From NCBI GenBank assembly GCA_051362555.1, contig CM120644.1, positions 16,204,534-16,268,533 of the forward strand: a DNA stretch of 64,000 bases. Reading direction: 5' to 3'. The notes beneath the pieces are model-generated. The model made no database searches and had not been told where the DNA came from. It was given only the letters and a program-made list of their open reading frames with translations. A program made the position numbers and the translations under genes. Source of the stretch: Lingula anatina (taxonomy: Eukaryota; Animalia; Brachiopoda). This document shows, piece after piece, positions 25,561-38,018 of the stretch (its first letter is position 1; every line of letters starts with the position of its first letter).

Positions 25561-27061
25561 TATCTGAAATTTCCTTTCTACACGTACATGTAGGTACATG
25601 TAGCATGTGCACCATTTTGAGAATCTGACTCTGATACAAAGATAATAAAACTAAAAGGACACTTTAATCCATCCTTTTCGTGAATTGTTAGACTGTATAT
25701 TCCTTTGAGCAAAAGAAAACAACATCTTTGCGTCTGGTTTTCTGGTAAAACAGACTAAATATAATACTTATTAGCATATTAGCAAGGATCACGTACTAAT
25801 TTAGATGTTAATACCGTATTTGTCACAGTTCTGAGCTTTTGATCCAATGACAAGTGTGCCCCATCAACGTGTACATCAATTTTATGCTCAAAGTTTATCA
25901 GAAATTCAAACGTCCCCCTTGACGACAATGGCGATAGTTTAAAAAGAAATAAAATAACCCTTTTGAATAATCTTGTGGTTACTTTTGCCTCATTGAGGTT
26001 TAATTTTTTATCAATTTAAAATCAGTTTTGAAGGTTTGTTTATTTTATTATACATGTACTTGTAAAATATTTGTAAGCAGTGTTGAAATACGGGGAATGA
26101 TTTATAATAAAACAAAATATGGCCCCTAAACTCGTATTGCATAACGATTTTAGATGTTACAACATTAAATAGTAGGTAAAATAAATTAACGTCCCTTGTT
26201 ACCTACACAAATTATCGAAGTGTTTTCCATGTTAATTCTTTTCAAAGCAAGATATCTCAAATATCTATATCATTAACTTCAGATCTTAATTTTGGCGTAA
26301 GGCAACCTAGATATTGATTGCCTTTTTTGGGGTGCTATCTGAGCCTCAACATCAGTAATCACCCACATCGTTTCAAGCAAAAGGTAATTTAATGAGAAAT
26401 CCCTCTGGGATGGGTCGATCCTGCTAGATCGATCTAGGAATGGGAATGGGGTCTTAGTTGTCGGTTACAAAATTATTGTATCTGTACTTTAATTTTGTCT
26501 ACCATGTTAGAGGCCCCTGATAACAGATGGTAATGTAAATGAGGGTAAGGTTGTAATTGATGGATGATAAAAGCAAAGAACGACTGTAAACCGTACCAAA
26601 AGGCACCGCTCGACCTCTAAAATACCAAAATCTAAAGGGCCCCGAACCCCACGACAACGAGGCGTGGGGGTGGGGGTGGGTCGGTTACGCATTGGCAGAC
26701 CCCCCCCCCCCCCCCCCCCACCCCTTGAAATAATCCTGGACCCGTCTCTGCGATCTCACCATTTTGTAAAGAGACTAACCTTGAATATAATTTAATTAAA
26801 TGCGGGTATTTGTCTGAATGAGAATACGCCATTCCTTTTTTACATTATGTAACCTGCATTCTGGAACATTGGAAAACATTTCCAAGAAAAGAGAATGAAG
26901 CTCTTTGTATTTTTTAGTCGCATAATATTGCGTCATTATACCGGTAGACGCGTGGCTTATTCCTGAGAGAGACTTATAAAGGACTTGTGATAACGAAAGC
27001 TGTAGCATAACAGTTTTAACTTAAAAGTTTACTGGTCTGTTTTTGACAAGACGGAGAAGAA

Positions 27062-28400
27062 ATGTTTCGAATTCTATCTTCCTTGCAAAAAACGTCGGTG
27101 TACTTTCTGCCAAGGAGAGGCCTGATGAGCAGAGCAATTCAACCGAAGAAGGTGAGAGAATATTAGGTGCTGTTCTTTAATATATCTAATCGTGATTAAA
27201 AAAGATTAAATTGAAATAGATTGAAATACAGAAATAAACACACACAGGTGGATTTTACAAGAAAGGGTAGCTTTGTACTATACAACACTCACATTGTTAC
27301 ATGGTTAATTTAATGATAATGAATAAATCTAGATATTAAATGCGCGTTGCATTAAGGGTGTTTTTAAAAATAAAAACATTTAAAAATCATAAAAACCAAG
27401 AGCGTGAAGAAGCTAGATGATGGTAAGACGTACAGTCAAAAAGTCAAAAGATAAATTTCTAGATTTTCCATTTTTTTCTGCCTAGAAATTATACCAATGT
27501 AGAAGATTTATTTTTGACAGAATAGATTCCTGCTTCAAATTTTATTTTGAGATAAGAAAGAAGAGACAGGGATATTATACGCACATGTAATGTAAGGCCT
27601 GGAAGCGTTGTTTAGAAACTCCGAACATTACACCTTTTATTTGTAGAAAGTGAAATTCTTTTGTTCCATTTGTTACTAATCAAGCGTTCCATACCTTCCC
27701 AGATGATTGTAATTCTATTGCAACGCAGAAAATATGGCGAACAATTTCACTCTCAGCTCCACAAAAAGAGAAATTCTTTGACATTGCAGTAAAAATTTAT
27801 TCCAGTATGACTTTACAACGTAAAACCTGGTATATAACGCTGACAGAAGTATCAGTGCGTACACGCCTAGAGTAGCACATTCTTTCAACTTTATTTAAGG
27901 GCTCGTTCCCATTGAGACTTTAGGTCTACGTACGATCATATCGATACAACTCCCCGGGAACTCTCGGGGTATGCCGTCAGTTTTGCAGTTTAACACTCCT
28001 GCGGTTGAGTAGAATACAGAAAAAACGATGATTACACGAGTACTTTGAAACAAAAGGGTGCGTTTTAATTTAAGAGAGTCCCTGCGGAGTTGGATCGATC
28101 TTGGGAGACCGATAGTTTCAATGGGAATGAGCTCATAATCTATTTTTATATAGATACCGACTGCCAACCCTGAGGTAAAAGGATCGGAAGCGTGGAGACG
28201 ACAGATCCCTACAGGTACCGGGACACGATGTGGGAATCTCGATTCCGCTGGTGACGGCTTTGTGGCGGCAAACTGGGGAACCTTCATCAAAGGCACATAA
28301 CCGGTCGGCGTGAAGATGCATAAAGCTCGAATTATCGTTTTCATAGACTTTGGTTGAGAGAAATTCCAAAGTTTTCTTCAATTTTGCCTGATATGACATT
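27062..28400 (+). pseudogene. Internally deleted SCP-like copy C (spliced ORF 78 aa)
   Basis: Exon 27062-27151 reads MFRILSSLQKTSVYFLPRRGLMSRAIQPKK. Exon 28154-28300 gives the same truncated frame as copy A. Confidence 0.75.
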
Positions 28401-30255
28401 ATCTGAAATTACCTTGCTAAATGTACATGTACGTAGCATGTGCAAGAATCACCATTTTGAGGATCCGACTCCGAAAGATAATAAAACTAAAAGGACATTT
28501 TAATCCATTCCTTTCGTGAATTGTTAGACTGTATTTTCCTTTGAGCGAAAGAAAATAACATCTTTGCGGCTGGTTTTCTGATAAAACAGACTAAATATTA
28601 CACTTGATCCAGATATAGGTATATATTTGGCATACAGACAACAATGGAGGGGGGCAGCACACAACCTTGACTCCCCCTCTGAGGGCGTGTGTGAAATAAG
28701 TATAGCATAAAACATAAAAACGATCCTGTGTTTTAAAAACTGTAAGATTATTTCATATTTTTACACTACTGGCGAAAGGGGGTGGGGGTGGGGGGCGGCG
28801 TGGGGGACACTTAATAATGTGTTAATAGCCAACAAATTGTTCCTAAAGCGGAGTGAACCCTGGATTTAGCTTGCACAGTCTGTAGTCAGTATGCCTACCT
28901 AGTTGATGTGTTCAAATTTGGAAGATACTTTAATGGATGAGCTCTTTTTATTTAACCGTTACCTGGTAGGTAGTTTATTTTTAGCAAACGAAATTTTTAC
29001 TTTGTAAAGGAGTTAAAGCTTATTTTCCATTGGAGTTGGGCAAAATGGTTCTTTTCAGGACTATCCATCAACAAACTTCTCAGAAACAATATTGCCAGAT
29101 GTTTTTTTAATTCAAAGGCTCATTTATACATGCAGAAAAGATAATAAAAAGAAACATTAGTTTTAGTTTATTTTTTCTTTTAGTCAAAATATGGTAGGCT
29201 TTGTTCGATTACAAGTGTACAAAATATACACATCACACCACAAAGAGTCTCGTACAATCACGCTTTTTTTCGTCCGTCTTAACACGTGCTGACATTTGAC
29301 TGACGTGAATTTAAATCACATTTGTAATTAAAAATCTTCACAGGACTTGACAGTTTCCGCCCACTTATCACATTTATGATATTAAAATAGACTAAAAATG
29401 CAATAAATCACATGAAAAGAATAGATAACCAGGCCCATACAGGCCCATAGCCAGCAATTTCAAAAGGAGGGTTCTTTTTCTGAGAAAGTGAACCTTTATC
29501 CATGCAACCTTGATGCAAAGTGTACCTAGATATAATCTTAAGCATAGGGGACCTTTTCCCGGCAAAAAAAGTTTTTTGTTGTCGCTAAAGTGAAGCAGAA
29601 TATTATAGTGTATGCATTTTGTTTCAGTGACTGTTTTAACACTTTAAAAATCAATAGACGCATAATAAAAACATTAGCCAATTTTACAAAGATGATAAGA
29701 ATACTTATGGTTCCACCGCTGCAAACGCCCCCCCCCCCCCATTACAGACCCTCCGCTGGTATTGTGTAACGACTAATAACAGGTAGTATAATAATTATAA
29801 TAATAATAATAATAATAATAATATTTCTTGTATGTAGCACATTCCATAGTCTAACGTGCACTTTTAAGTGTTTAAACAATAACAGTATGAACATTCTGAA
29901 GAGTAGCAGCCCTAAAATACAAACTTACTACAAAAAGTTTAAAAAATAAATCATAAAAACTTTAAAAAGATGAGTTTTAAAAAAAGACTTCAAAACTGTC
30001 TTCAAAAATGACTTTTATTTCTTATATAAAGAGGCAGTCCGGTCCACAATTTTGGGACATAAACACTAAAAGCCTTGTTTTCATAAAATTTGTAACACTA
30101 TCTCTTTGATTCGCAATGGCTTAGCGCAAAATTGTTATAAAAGGAATTTCTAATTTCTATCAAAACCACCTGACATGTAGGCGGGTGACACTCCGTTAAC
30201 ATAGAGTCAAAGCATTGCTGTGTATACTGGAACCGTTGCCTAGCACCACGCCTTA

Positions 30256-30487
30256 GACCCCATTTCCATATCTAGATCGATCTAGCAGGATCGACCCATC
30301 TCCGAGGGTATTCTCGCTGAATTGCATTCAGATTAAGCGGCTTAGATGCCTGGCATGCCAACTGAAGCTACTTAACGATAGCTAATTATCCCCTAACAGC
30401 TTCAGTAGGCGTGCCGCTTAAGATGAATGTAATTTAGCAAGAATTGGATCGATCCTGCTAGATCTATCTAGGTATGAGAACGGGGTT
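30256..30487. mobile_element. MITE family A, full-length copy
   Basis: GACCCCATTTCCATATCTAGATCGATCTAGCAGGATCG...AGGTATGAGAACGGGGTT, flanked by TTA and TAA (TWA-type target, typical of PIF/Harbinger). Confidence 0.8.
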
Positions 30488-31388
30488 TAACATTGCGGTC
30501 ATATCCAGTAAGTTTTGTCTGATGAAATAGTTCATAAATTGAATTAGGATGCAATAACAAGAGTAAAACGTTCAGATCATGAAGTGCTAGAATATACATG
30601 TATTATTGATAACTGTTTAATTGTTGGCTATACGTACCAGTTAAAGTTTTATAGAACTTCACCTGTAACTTTTATAATTCTTCTGATGATTATACAAATC
30701 CACTGCTTTTAAATACAACACATGCTTATAAAAATAGTATTGAAAAATTATTATTATATAAATTTATAACAATGATATTATTATTATTATTATTATTATC
30801 TTTAAATTGCCCCTATTTCCAGGTTCTACGCCTGCTAACAGTAGAGTGATGGTGGAGTGAACGCATTGCACGTATTTTTTCTTCATACGTGTCAGTATTG
30901 GTAAGTAGGATCTACATAAGGAGGCGTTCTCGTTCATAGTTTCTCCATGTGAACGAATGTAATTACTGCTGCACGTGTGGTGAGTGTATGAAATTGACAG
31001 TTAAATAATGCGTCTTTAAAGACTGCTTAGAATTTCACATGAAAAGTATGCCAGGTGCCCATCAGCAGTTCAAAGAAATGGACTACAGTTATTTATCTAA
31101 AATTAACGCACAGAGGGCGCTTTGTTGTCTCGCAGTGCATTTTTCTTAGATTGCTGACGTCATTATCATACCTTTCATTTGTTCAAACACCGTCCAAACG
31201 CATTGTAACATAAACTGTTGAATTTCGATTGGGAATACCAAAGCTCATGCAAGCGAAACATTATGAGACTAAATACACCATCCCTTATGTCACACTGTAG
31301 TTATGCATTCAATGCAAATTCTGTGTTGTAAAGTTGGTAAATTTGAATAAAAATGACAATTGCAAAAGAAGATTATTTTATTTCCAAA

Positions 31389-31423
<35 letters not shown>

Positions 31424-33345
31424 ATGCATAAATAAATAATCAGCCCACAATATTATAATTTCATCTAGATATGGGGACATTCTGAGGATGGTATGGATCA
31501 CATGAATCTTACCTCATGTATTTGTTTTAAAATATCCAAAGTTTTGAAAGTATTCACGATTCTGAGTAGCATGCATATATACATGTATTTATTGATGTTA
31601 AAACATATCCTTTAATTTATCATCATCACTTTATTCATTGATACGAAATAAAAAGATATTTGATTTCTCACATAAATTTGACTTTCAAACTATTTTCACA
31701 GAGATCCCTGTACGTCTAGAAATACCATTAAGAAACGGATATGTGTAATAATATTATGAAATTAAGCCATACATAAAGAGACGTCAGTCTATCATCTTCC
31801 TTGATGTATATTCTTGTTGAGTGGAATAAACACTTGACTAGACCTATTTTGGTCTTGGTCCTCGACTTCATATGAAGGACTGCGATTTTTAATTATTAAT
31901 AGAACAATCCCACTTTTGAAAGAACCAGACCTAAGCGCAATTCTTTCATTGTTTATATTCATGAGTTTCCTTTGTCACTTTCTTGTTGAACTCATATTAA
32001 ATTTGGTCTCCATTTTGCTTCGTATATTTTAACGCAAACTCGCATTGTGCAGAAGGCCATTTTCTTGACAAATGGGAGCATAATATGAAAGTATAAATAA
32101 ATAAACCCAAGTACTGGCGCGATATGAATATCGTGAGAGGCCCGCGAAAATCCCGTGACAAGACCGCCCATTGTAAATCACAAGACAAAAAGGCTTGTTG
32201 ACAATGTCCATGATTTAGAACAGCGTTAGAAACAGGGGATATTGTGCAACGTTACAAGGAGTACACCAACAAAAGGAGTCTAGTCAAATATAGTGAAACG
32301 TTGAAATGTTTGGATTACATTGGACTGCTGCAGTTTGTATAACATTGGAATTATTCTTAGTAGCACAGTCAGAACCAAGTAAGTGTTTTTTATATAATAC
32401 ATTATTGTCGAATAGATAATTGAAACTGAAAACCAAAGATAAATGTTTCAATGTCACGAGTGAGAGAAGTTTTAGTAAGCGGCTCAACACAACGCATGAA
32501 GACACTTTATAGTCTACGAATTGGACTGGTACTTTCCTTTTTTGAATCCTCAGACCTATCAGTTCATTTAAAGTTTGTTAAATAAGTCACAATTAATTTT
32601 GACGTGTTAATACCTATTGCTACATACTATAATGCCGTTGTGGCGCCTTTGATGTTATAGTTTTTTAATATCAGCAGTTGTAATAACGGTGGCAATAAAC
32701 GCCTGAATGGCCTATCAAGCGACAATTAAGTTAGTAAGCGTGGTTTAAATGGCACCTTTAAGTCCTTACTCAACCGCGGATATCCCTTTGTGAGACAAAA
32801 CAATCAACCGTTTGTCGAAGATGGAGTACTTTTCAAAAATGTCTATTCTTCGCTCTTTTGGAAAGAGATGTCATTCAAGGGTGATTAATGTTCGGTTTTC
32901 TTTTGGTTCAAAAACCCATGAAATCATTTCACTTTTTATGATTCTTAAACCATGGTCAAATGCTAAATACCTTGATATTCAGAATGGAATTGAAATTGTT
33001 GTCACATTCGGTTAGACGATAGTATTCGTGCACACGTTTCCCTTTTGTTTATCGGCTGTAATCTTTCAATTTCTATTTATTAGCAGATCCACCTATACAT
33101 GTATATGTGCAGCAGAAGCTCACTTGATATCTGTGTAACTGAAAAATGTCAAAGTGAAGGATATACCCAATAAGTAGGATGAAAAAATTTAAAAGTTGGG
33201 AAGCATAAACAATACTTCATAACCTGTTTTGGTTCAATATACCACAACGCAATTATACCTGCCGAGCTAAAAAAGCCATAAATACAAATAGACTCATTCT
33301 TCATTATTAGACTCGTACATTTATTATGTCATGTGTATATTTCAG

Positions 33346-33493
33346 TTCATAAATGTGAATACCATGGCCAATATATCCGTGACACGGTGAACCTGTGTCT
33401 GTTTTACCAGTGTGAGTACCCGGGACGGCTCCACGCGGCCATGCACCCCTGTGCCAATGGTACCAAACTGCCAAAACTTTACGGAGAGGTATG

Positions 33494-33524
<31 letters not shown>

Positions 33525-36500
33525 TTCTGTTTGTTTGTTTGTTTGTCTGCTTGTTTTTATTACATATTTTATTCTCTTATTCATTTGTTCACTTATTTAT
33601 TCATTTATTTCGTCTTTTCTTAAAATCATTGTTTGAATATTTACTGTATTAATTTATCTGTAACATTATCAATGAATTAAGGATGTAAGTATTACGTAAT
33701 AGAATAAGCTTATGAAATGGAAAACTGTTAAAATAAGCTTTATATTGATATGCAACATGTTGGAACATCTTTGTCAGTTAAGAAGATAGCCACGTTCCTG
33801 GCATCTTCTCCTCCTTAAGTAATTAATTTATCTTCTTAATACTCTTTTTCCCTAAAGCACGGTAAGGTTGTTGATTGTTTGGAAGGTAACTGGACAATTA
33901 GTTATGTTGGCATTTTAGATATTTCCTGCGTGCATTCTTTTTGTGGATGAAGTACTTTAATTAAATTTTGAAATCTAACTTGCGCCATACTTCATATCCA
34001 AACACATGGATACATTTTGATTTGTCCTTAAGACTGTTCCTCAGGTATTTCATTTTTGACAATTTGTTGCAATGTTGAAGGCATTGAAACACTCTGTCAA
34101 CTTTGTCTCATTCATGTTAATTAGGAAGGGTTTCCGTTGAATTTCACCATGTCATTAACACTATTTACCAAGGGGACCGTTTTCACAAAATAACTTAAAC
34201 GCAAAATTTTAGAACAAAATTTAGTTTTCTGTTAAGGCAAAGAGGTTTCCTTGGTTAAGTTAACTTTAAAGTTCAATGTTAATCCTCAAAAGTCCACTCA
34301 ACTAAAGTAAGCACTGGCCTGAAAAGCCTTTCTCGTTTCGAAGCAAAAGAAATATTTCATTTAATTGGAATACCACTCATTTATCTTTGATCAAAGAAGA
34401 CTAAAATGTGGGTCTGAATTTGGTTGCCAATATTTTTTAAAGAAAAATAGATTTTCGACTTTCAAACTTTGTTTTTCGGCTTCTCAGCTAGTAACTTTCA
34501 TTGTATTATTACTACTATTATTATTATTTAACAAAATATATTCTAATATTATCTAATAATATCTAATAGACATAAAAGGGAGCGAATATACGTAAATGCG
34601 CGCGCGTGTGTGTATGATAGGAGTTTCTTTTCATTACTTTACTTTATGTGTTATCTGTATTTTCATACTACGTACACGTTTGTTTTATTATTTCTACAGA
34701 CTTGACATTTAATATGGAATATTTCAGTTTCGAAGGTATGCCTAGGTAAAAATGCATTCTTTTTTCAAAAAACTCCTATCTCATATAAGATATGTGAATG
34801 GAGAAGTGTGTAGTCAGGTGTGTCGCTTCCAATTAAGTGAATACCAGGTTTGTTGCGTTGCTGCATTATGTAATGTGCAGTGATTTAATTGGGTAGTGCT
34901 CCTTTGGGCAGGTCAAAGCTTGGCTTTGGCAAAGCATGGTTCTGTCAAAAAAGTATCCATATGTCGGCAACTACTGCATAGAAGAATTTGAAATTTTGCA
35001 TGCAAGTGGTCGGTTTTGCAAGGTGTAAAATGAGCTATGCAGTGCTCTGCATATTTGTTAATCTGTGGCTGAATGGCGTGAAAAATTCAGACATTGCCAG
35101 ACAGATAATTGCGCCAAACGAAACGGTCCGCACAGTTTTATAGAGTAATGCCCAGACTGATGCACCTACACAGAGGTCACAACCAATGTATTGAAATCTT
35201 ACCACCAGGGTACAGGACCCACTGTCTGTCGGGATATGCTATTGCAACTAAACAAAAACCACCCAGTCCGTTCAGAATGAGGGGTATATTGCCACCAAAA
35301 CGCATTTTTCAAGGCCCTTAGCGAACACCAAACTGGTTTTAGCTGGTTAAAATACCAGACGACCTCAGGGGAACCCACTGTAAACAGCAAAACATCGTTG
35401 TATGTTTCTCAAATGAGTTGGGGACCCTGATCGTTTCTGAGTTGAACACTGAAACCTCGTGACTTTCTTTATTGAGGTCAGCTTTCACCTGTACCGCTCA
35501 ACCAGTCAAAACAGAGTTTACAGATATCCAGAAGAGGCCAACGACTAAGCGTGTGCCGCGTCTTAAGTGACTAAGGTCATTAACAGCGTCAGTAATTGGA
35601 GTGGCTACCACATTGGTGCCAAAACACCAATGATGGTCATCCACGAAAACCTGAACCAGATCAAATAAAGGAATAATCTGAGAACCACTTGACTATCATT
35701 TGATAGGGGGCAATTTAGGAACAATTTTAGGTTGCACGGTGAAATTCCCGGTACACACATAGCACTTTTAATAGCAGATTACTTACAGAACCAAGGGAAT
35801 GAGCAGCTACCTTGGTAATCAAAATCGCCATATTTCAACCACATAGACAATATGTGGGTAGGCCATTACTCGCCGAATCAATGGCCTACATGTCCTACAA
35901 CAAAACTGGACCAAATCTGACAGATTTTGACCGATGCCTGGAATGTTATTCCAGATTGAATTCTAAAAACCTAACCCAATGAATGCCTTGCCACTTGAGA
36001 GCACTGGTAGCAAACAGAAGAGGTCAAGCGTAACAGCGACCGTTACTGTGACTAGACACTGACATGGGGGTTCTTTTTGAGGCTTGTTACTCTTTTACAG
36101 AAAATAATTTGGAAAATATGGAGATCCAAAATATCTCTTTTAATTGTTGTCGTATGACATAGAATAGGTAATGTGTTTTTGTTTGCTTCTCTGGTGAATT
36201 CCATTAACGAACTGATGTCACAATGACATCAAAGAGATAATTAAAAGTTGTTAAAACACAATTTTAATCCTTATTTTCATTTATCAGTCAGCAAAATAGG
36301 AAAAAACTGATGAAAAATGATTTGGAAAAAAATATTCCATATTAAATGTCAAGTCTGTATAATCAGAATAAAATTTAAAAAATGTGGGTCTAAAAATTAG
36401 ACCGACTTCAGACTTTGAAGTTAATTTCTGAAACAGTCTTCTTGCATTAGATTTTTGAAATCTGACCACAGGGCTTTCGCAGTTAAATGATTAGATGTTG

Positions 36501-37084
36501 ACTTTGATTTACTGAAGGGCTTGCTCTCTAGCATTATTTTGTTAACTGGAGAACAAACTTTTCAGTAAAAAAAGAGATCAACAACTAGTCAATTAGCTGC
36601 ACAAGATTTATACGGTAATATTCCAGACACCAGAGCACCCCGACAACTCCGACCCATGCGTGCTGTTCAGACATAACCCCATGGAATGCGTGAATGACGA
36701 GGGTCAGAAACACAGCGGCGAGGTCGGTATCCTGGTCTCGGCGGAGGGTGACTGGAGCCCTTGCTCGGTCACCTGCGGCCGTGGGTCCACGTTTCAGGAG
36801 GTGAAGTCGTGTCGAAGGCTTGACCATATTGAATTGTACTGTAATAACACCAAGAAATATCGCATCTGTTTCTTAAGACCGTGTAAGTATATATAACTAC
36901 TGCAAATACATGTATAGTATATTGTATTCAATTATTATTATTATTATTCCATCTCTCCATTTCTTAGATGTTCTTCTGTGTCTTTTTTTTCTGTGTGTCA
37001 GTTGCTTCCTGCAGTTAAGACACACAGCACCTTTCTCCATATGTGTTCTGTTCCAAGTATGACCGACAATTGTGCACTTCCAAC

Positions 37085-37116
<32 letters not shown>

Positions 37117-37983
37117 CTGGTGATATGTGAAAGAGACAGTTCTTGATTTGCACAATAATACGAAAAAAAAAACACATAAAAGGAATTTAAAAGGTCGAAT
37201 TTACTAGCCGTATGATCGAATACAGTTGACCATACTTTTTTTTACAATTTTCTTGTGTATCAAATATACAATTTTGCGTTTACCATTTTACACTACTTAC
37301 TGTCTATCATAGGCTGGATGACTGAGGATCTCAATTCTGTGCAAAGAAATTATCTCAAAGTCTAACAGTACTAGAGAAATATGCACAGAATTACCCAAAA
37401 TATATCCGTGAACATGAAGTGAGAATTTTATCCTTGTTCCTATTAGAGGGATGATACACTTGTACTCGTACATGTTTACAGATTGATATTCTTTTGTTGT
37501 TGCAATTCAGAGAAGTGTTTTTTTTTTTTTTTTTTTTTTTTGGGGGGGGGGGGGGGGGGTACTGTTTTCTTAATCTATTGCCGAAAATAGAATTATCCGT
37601 CCCTAAAGACCTCGTGTAAATTTTGTACACTCAACCATAAATAATTTCTGTACATGTTTCACAAACTTTGAGACGACAGATTTTAACATTAAAGCTTAAT
37701 CGAAAACTGGCGTCAGGCAACACAGGATTATTTTCATTTTAAATACAGTATGTGGCACAAAATATGCCTCTCCTTACATGTATAACGTGTACGAGCCCGT
37801 TGCTTGGTGATGACGCATGTAATGATAATATTTCCTCGTGCCTCTTTATGGTCACCATATGCAATGGTGACAAAACAAGGACGCTAAGCTGATGACAATG
37901 ACAAACGCGTCCTTACAGGGTGACATTGTCGCATGTACTCTAGGGTGTGACCGTTGACTTCCTTATCGATTGTTAACGATTTG

Positions 37984-38018
<35 letters not shown>

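Larger units (their letters stand above)
20630..28605 (+). repeat. Tandem segmental triplication, ~2.86-2.89-kb unit (starts ~20630, ~23519, ~26375), each unit carrying a truncated EF-hand gene
   Basis: The marker aagcaaaaggtaattta(g/a)tgagaa recurs at these positions, and the sequence between them is colinear and highly similar. The third unit ends at ~28605. Confidence 0.9.

Noticed and set aside
27895-28399. Recurrent minus-strand ORFs (MKTIIRALCIF..., up to 149 aa; also 22373-22703 and 25252-25599)
   Set aside because: They are antisense to the truncated EF-hand exon, recur only because of the triplication, and their frames differ between copies.
30823-30900. Exon-like segment (ttccag|...|gtaagt) as the signal-peptide exon of the TSP1/WxxW gene
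   Set aside because: All frames contain stops and its ATG closes after 3 codons. It could be a 5'UTR exon, but this is unsupported.
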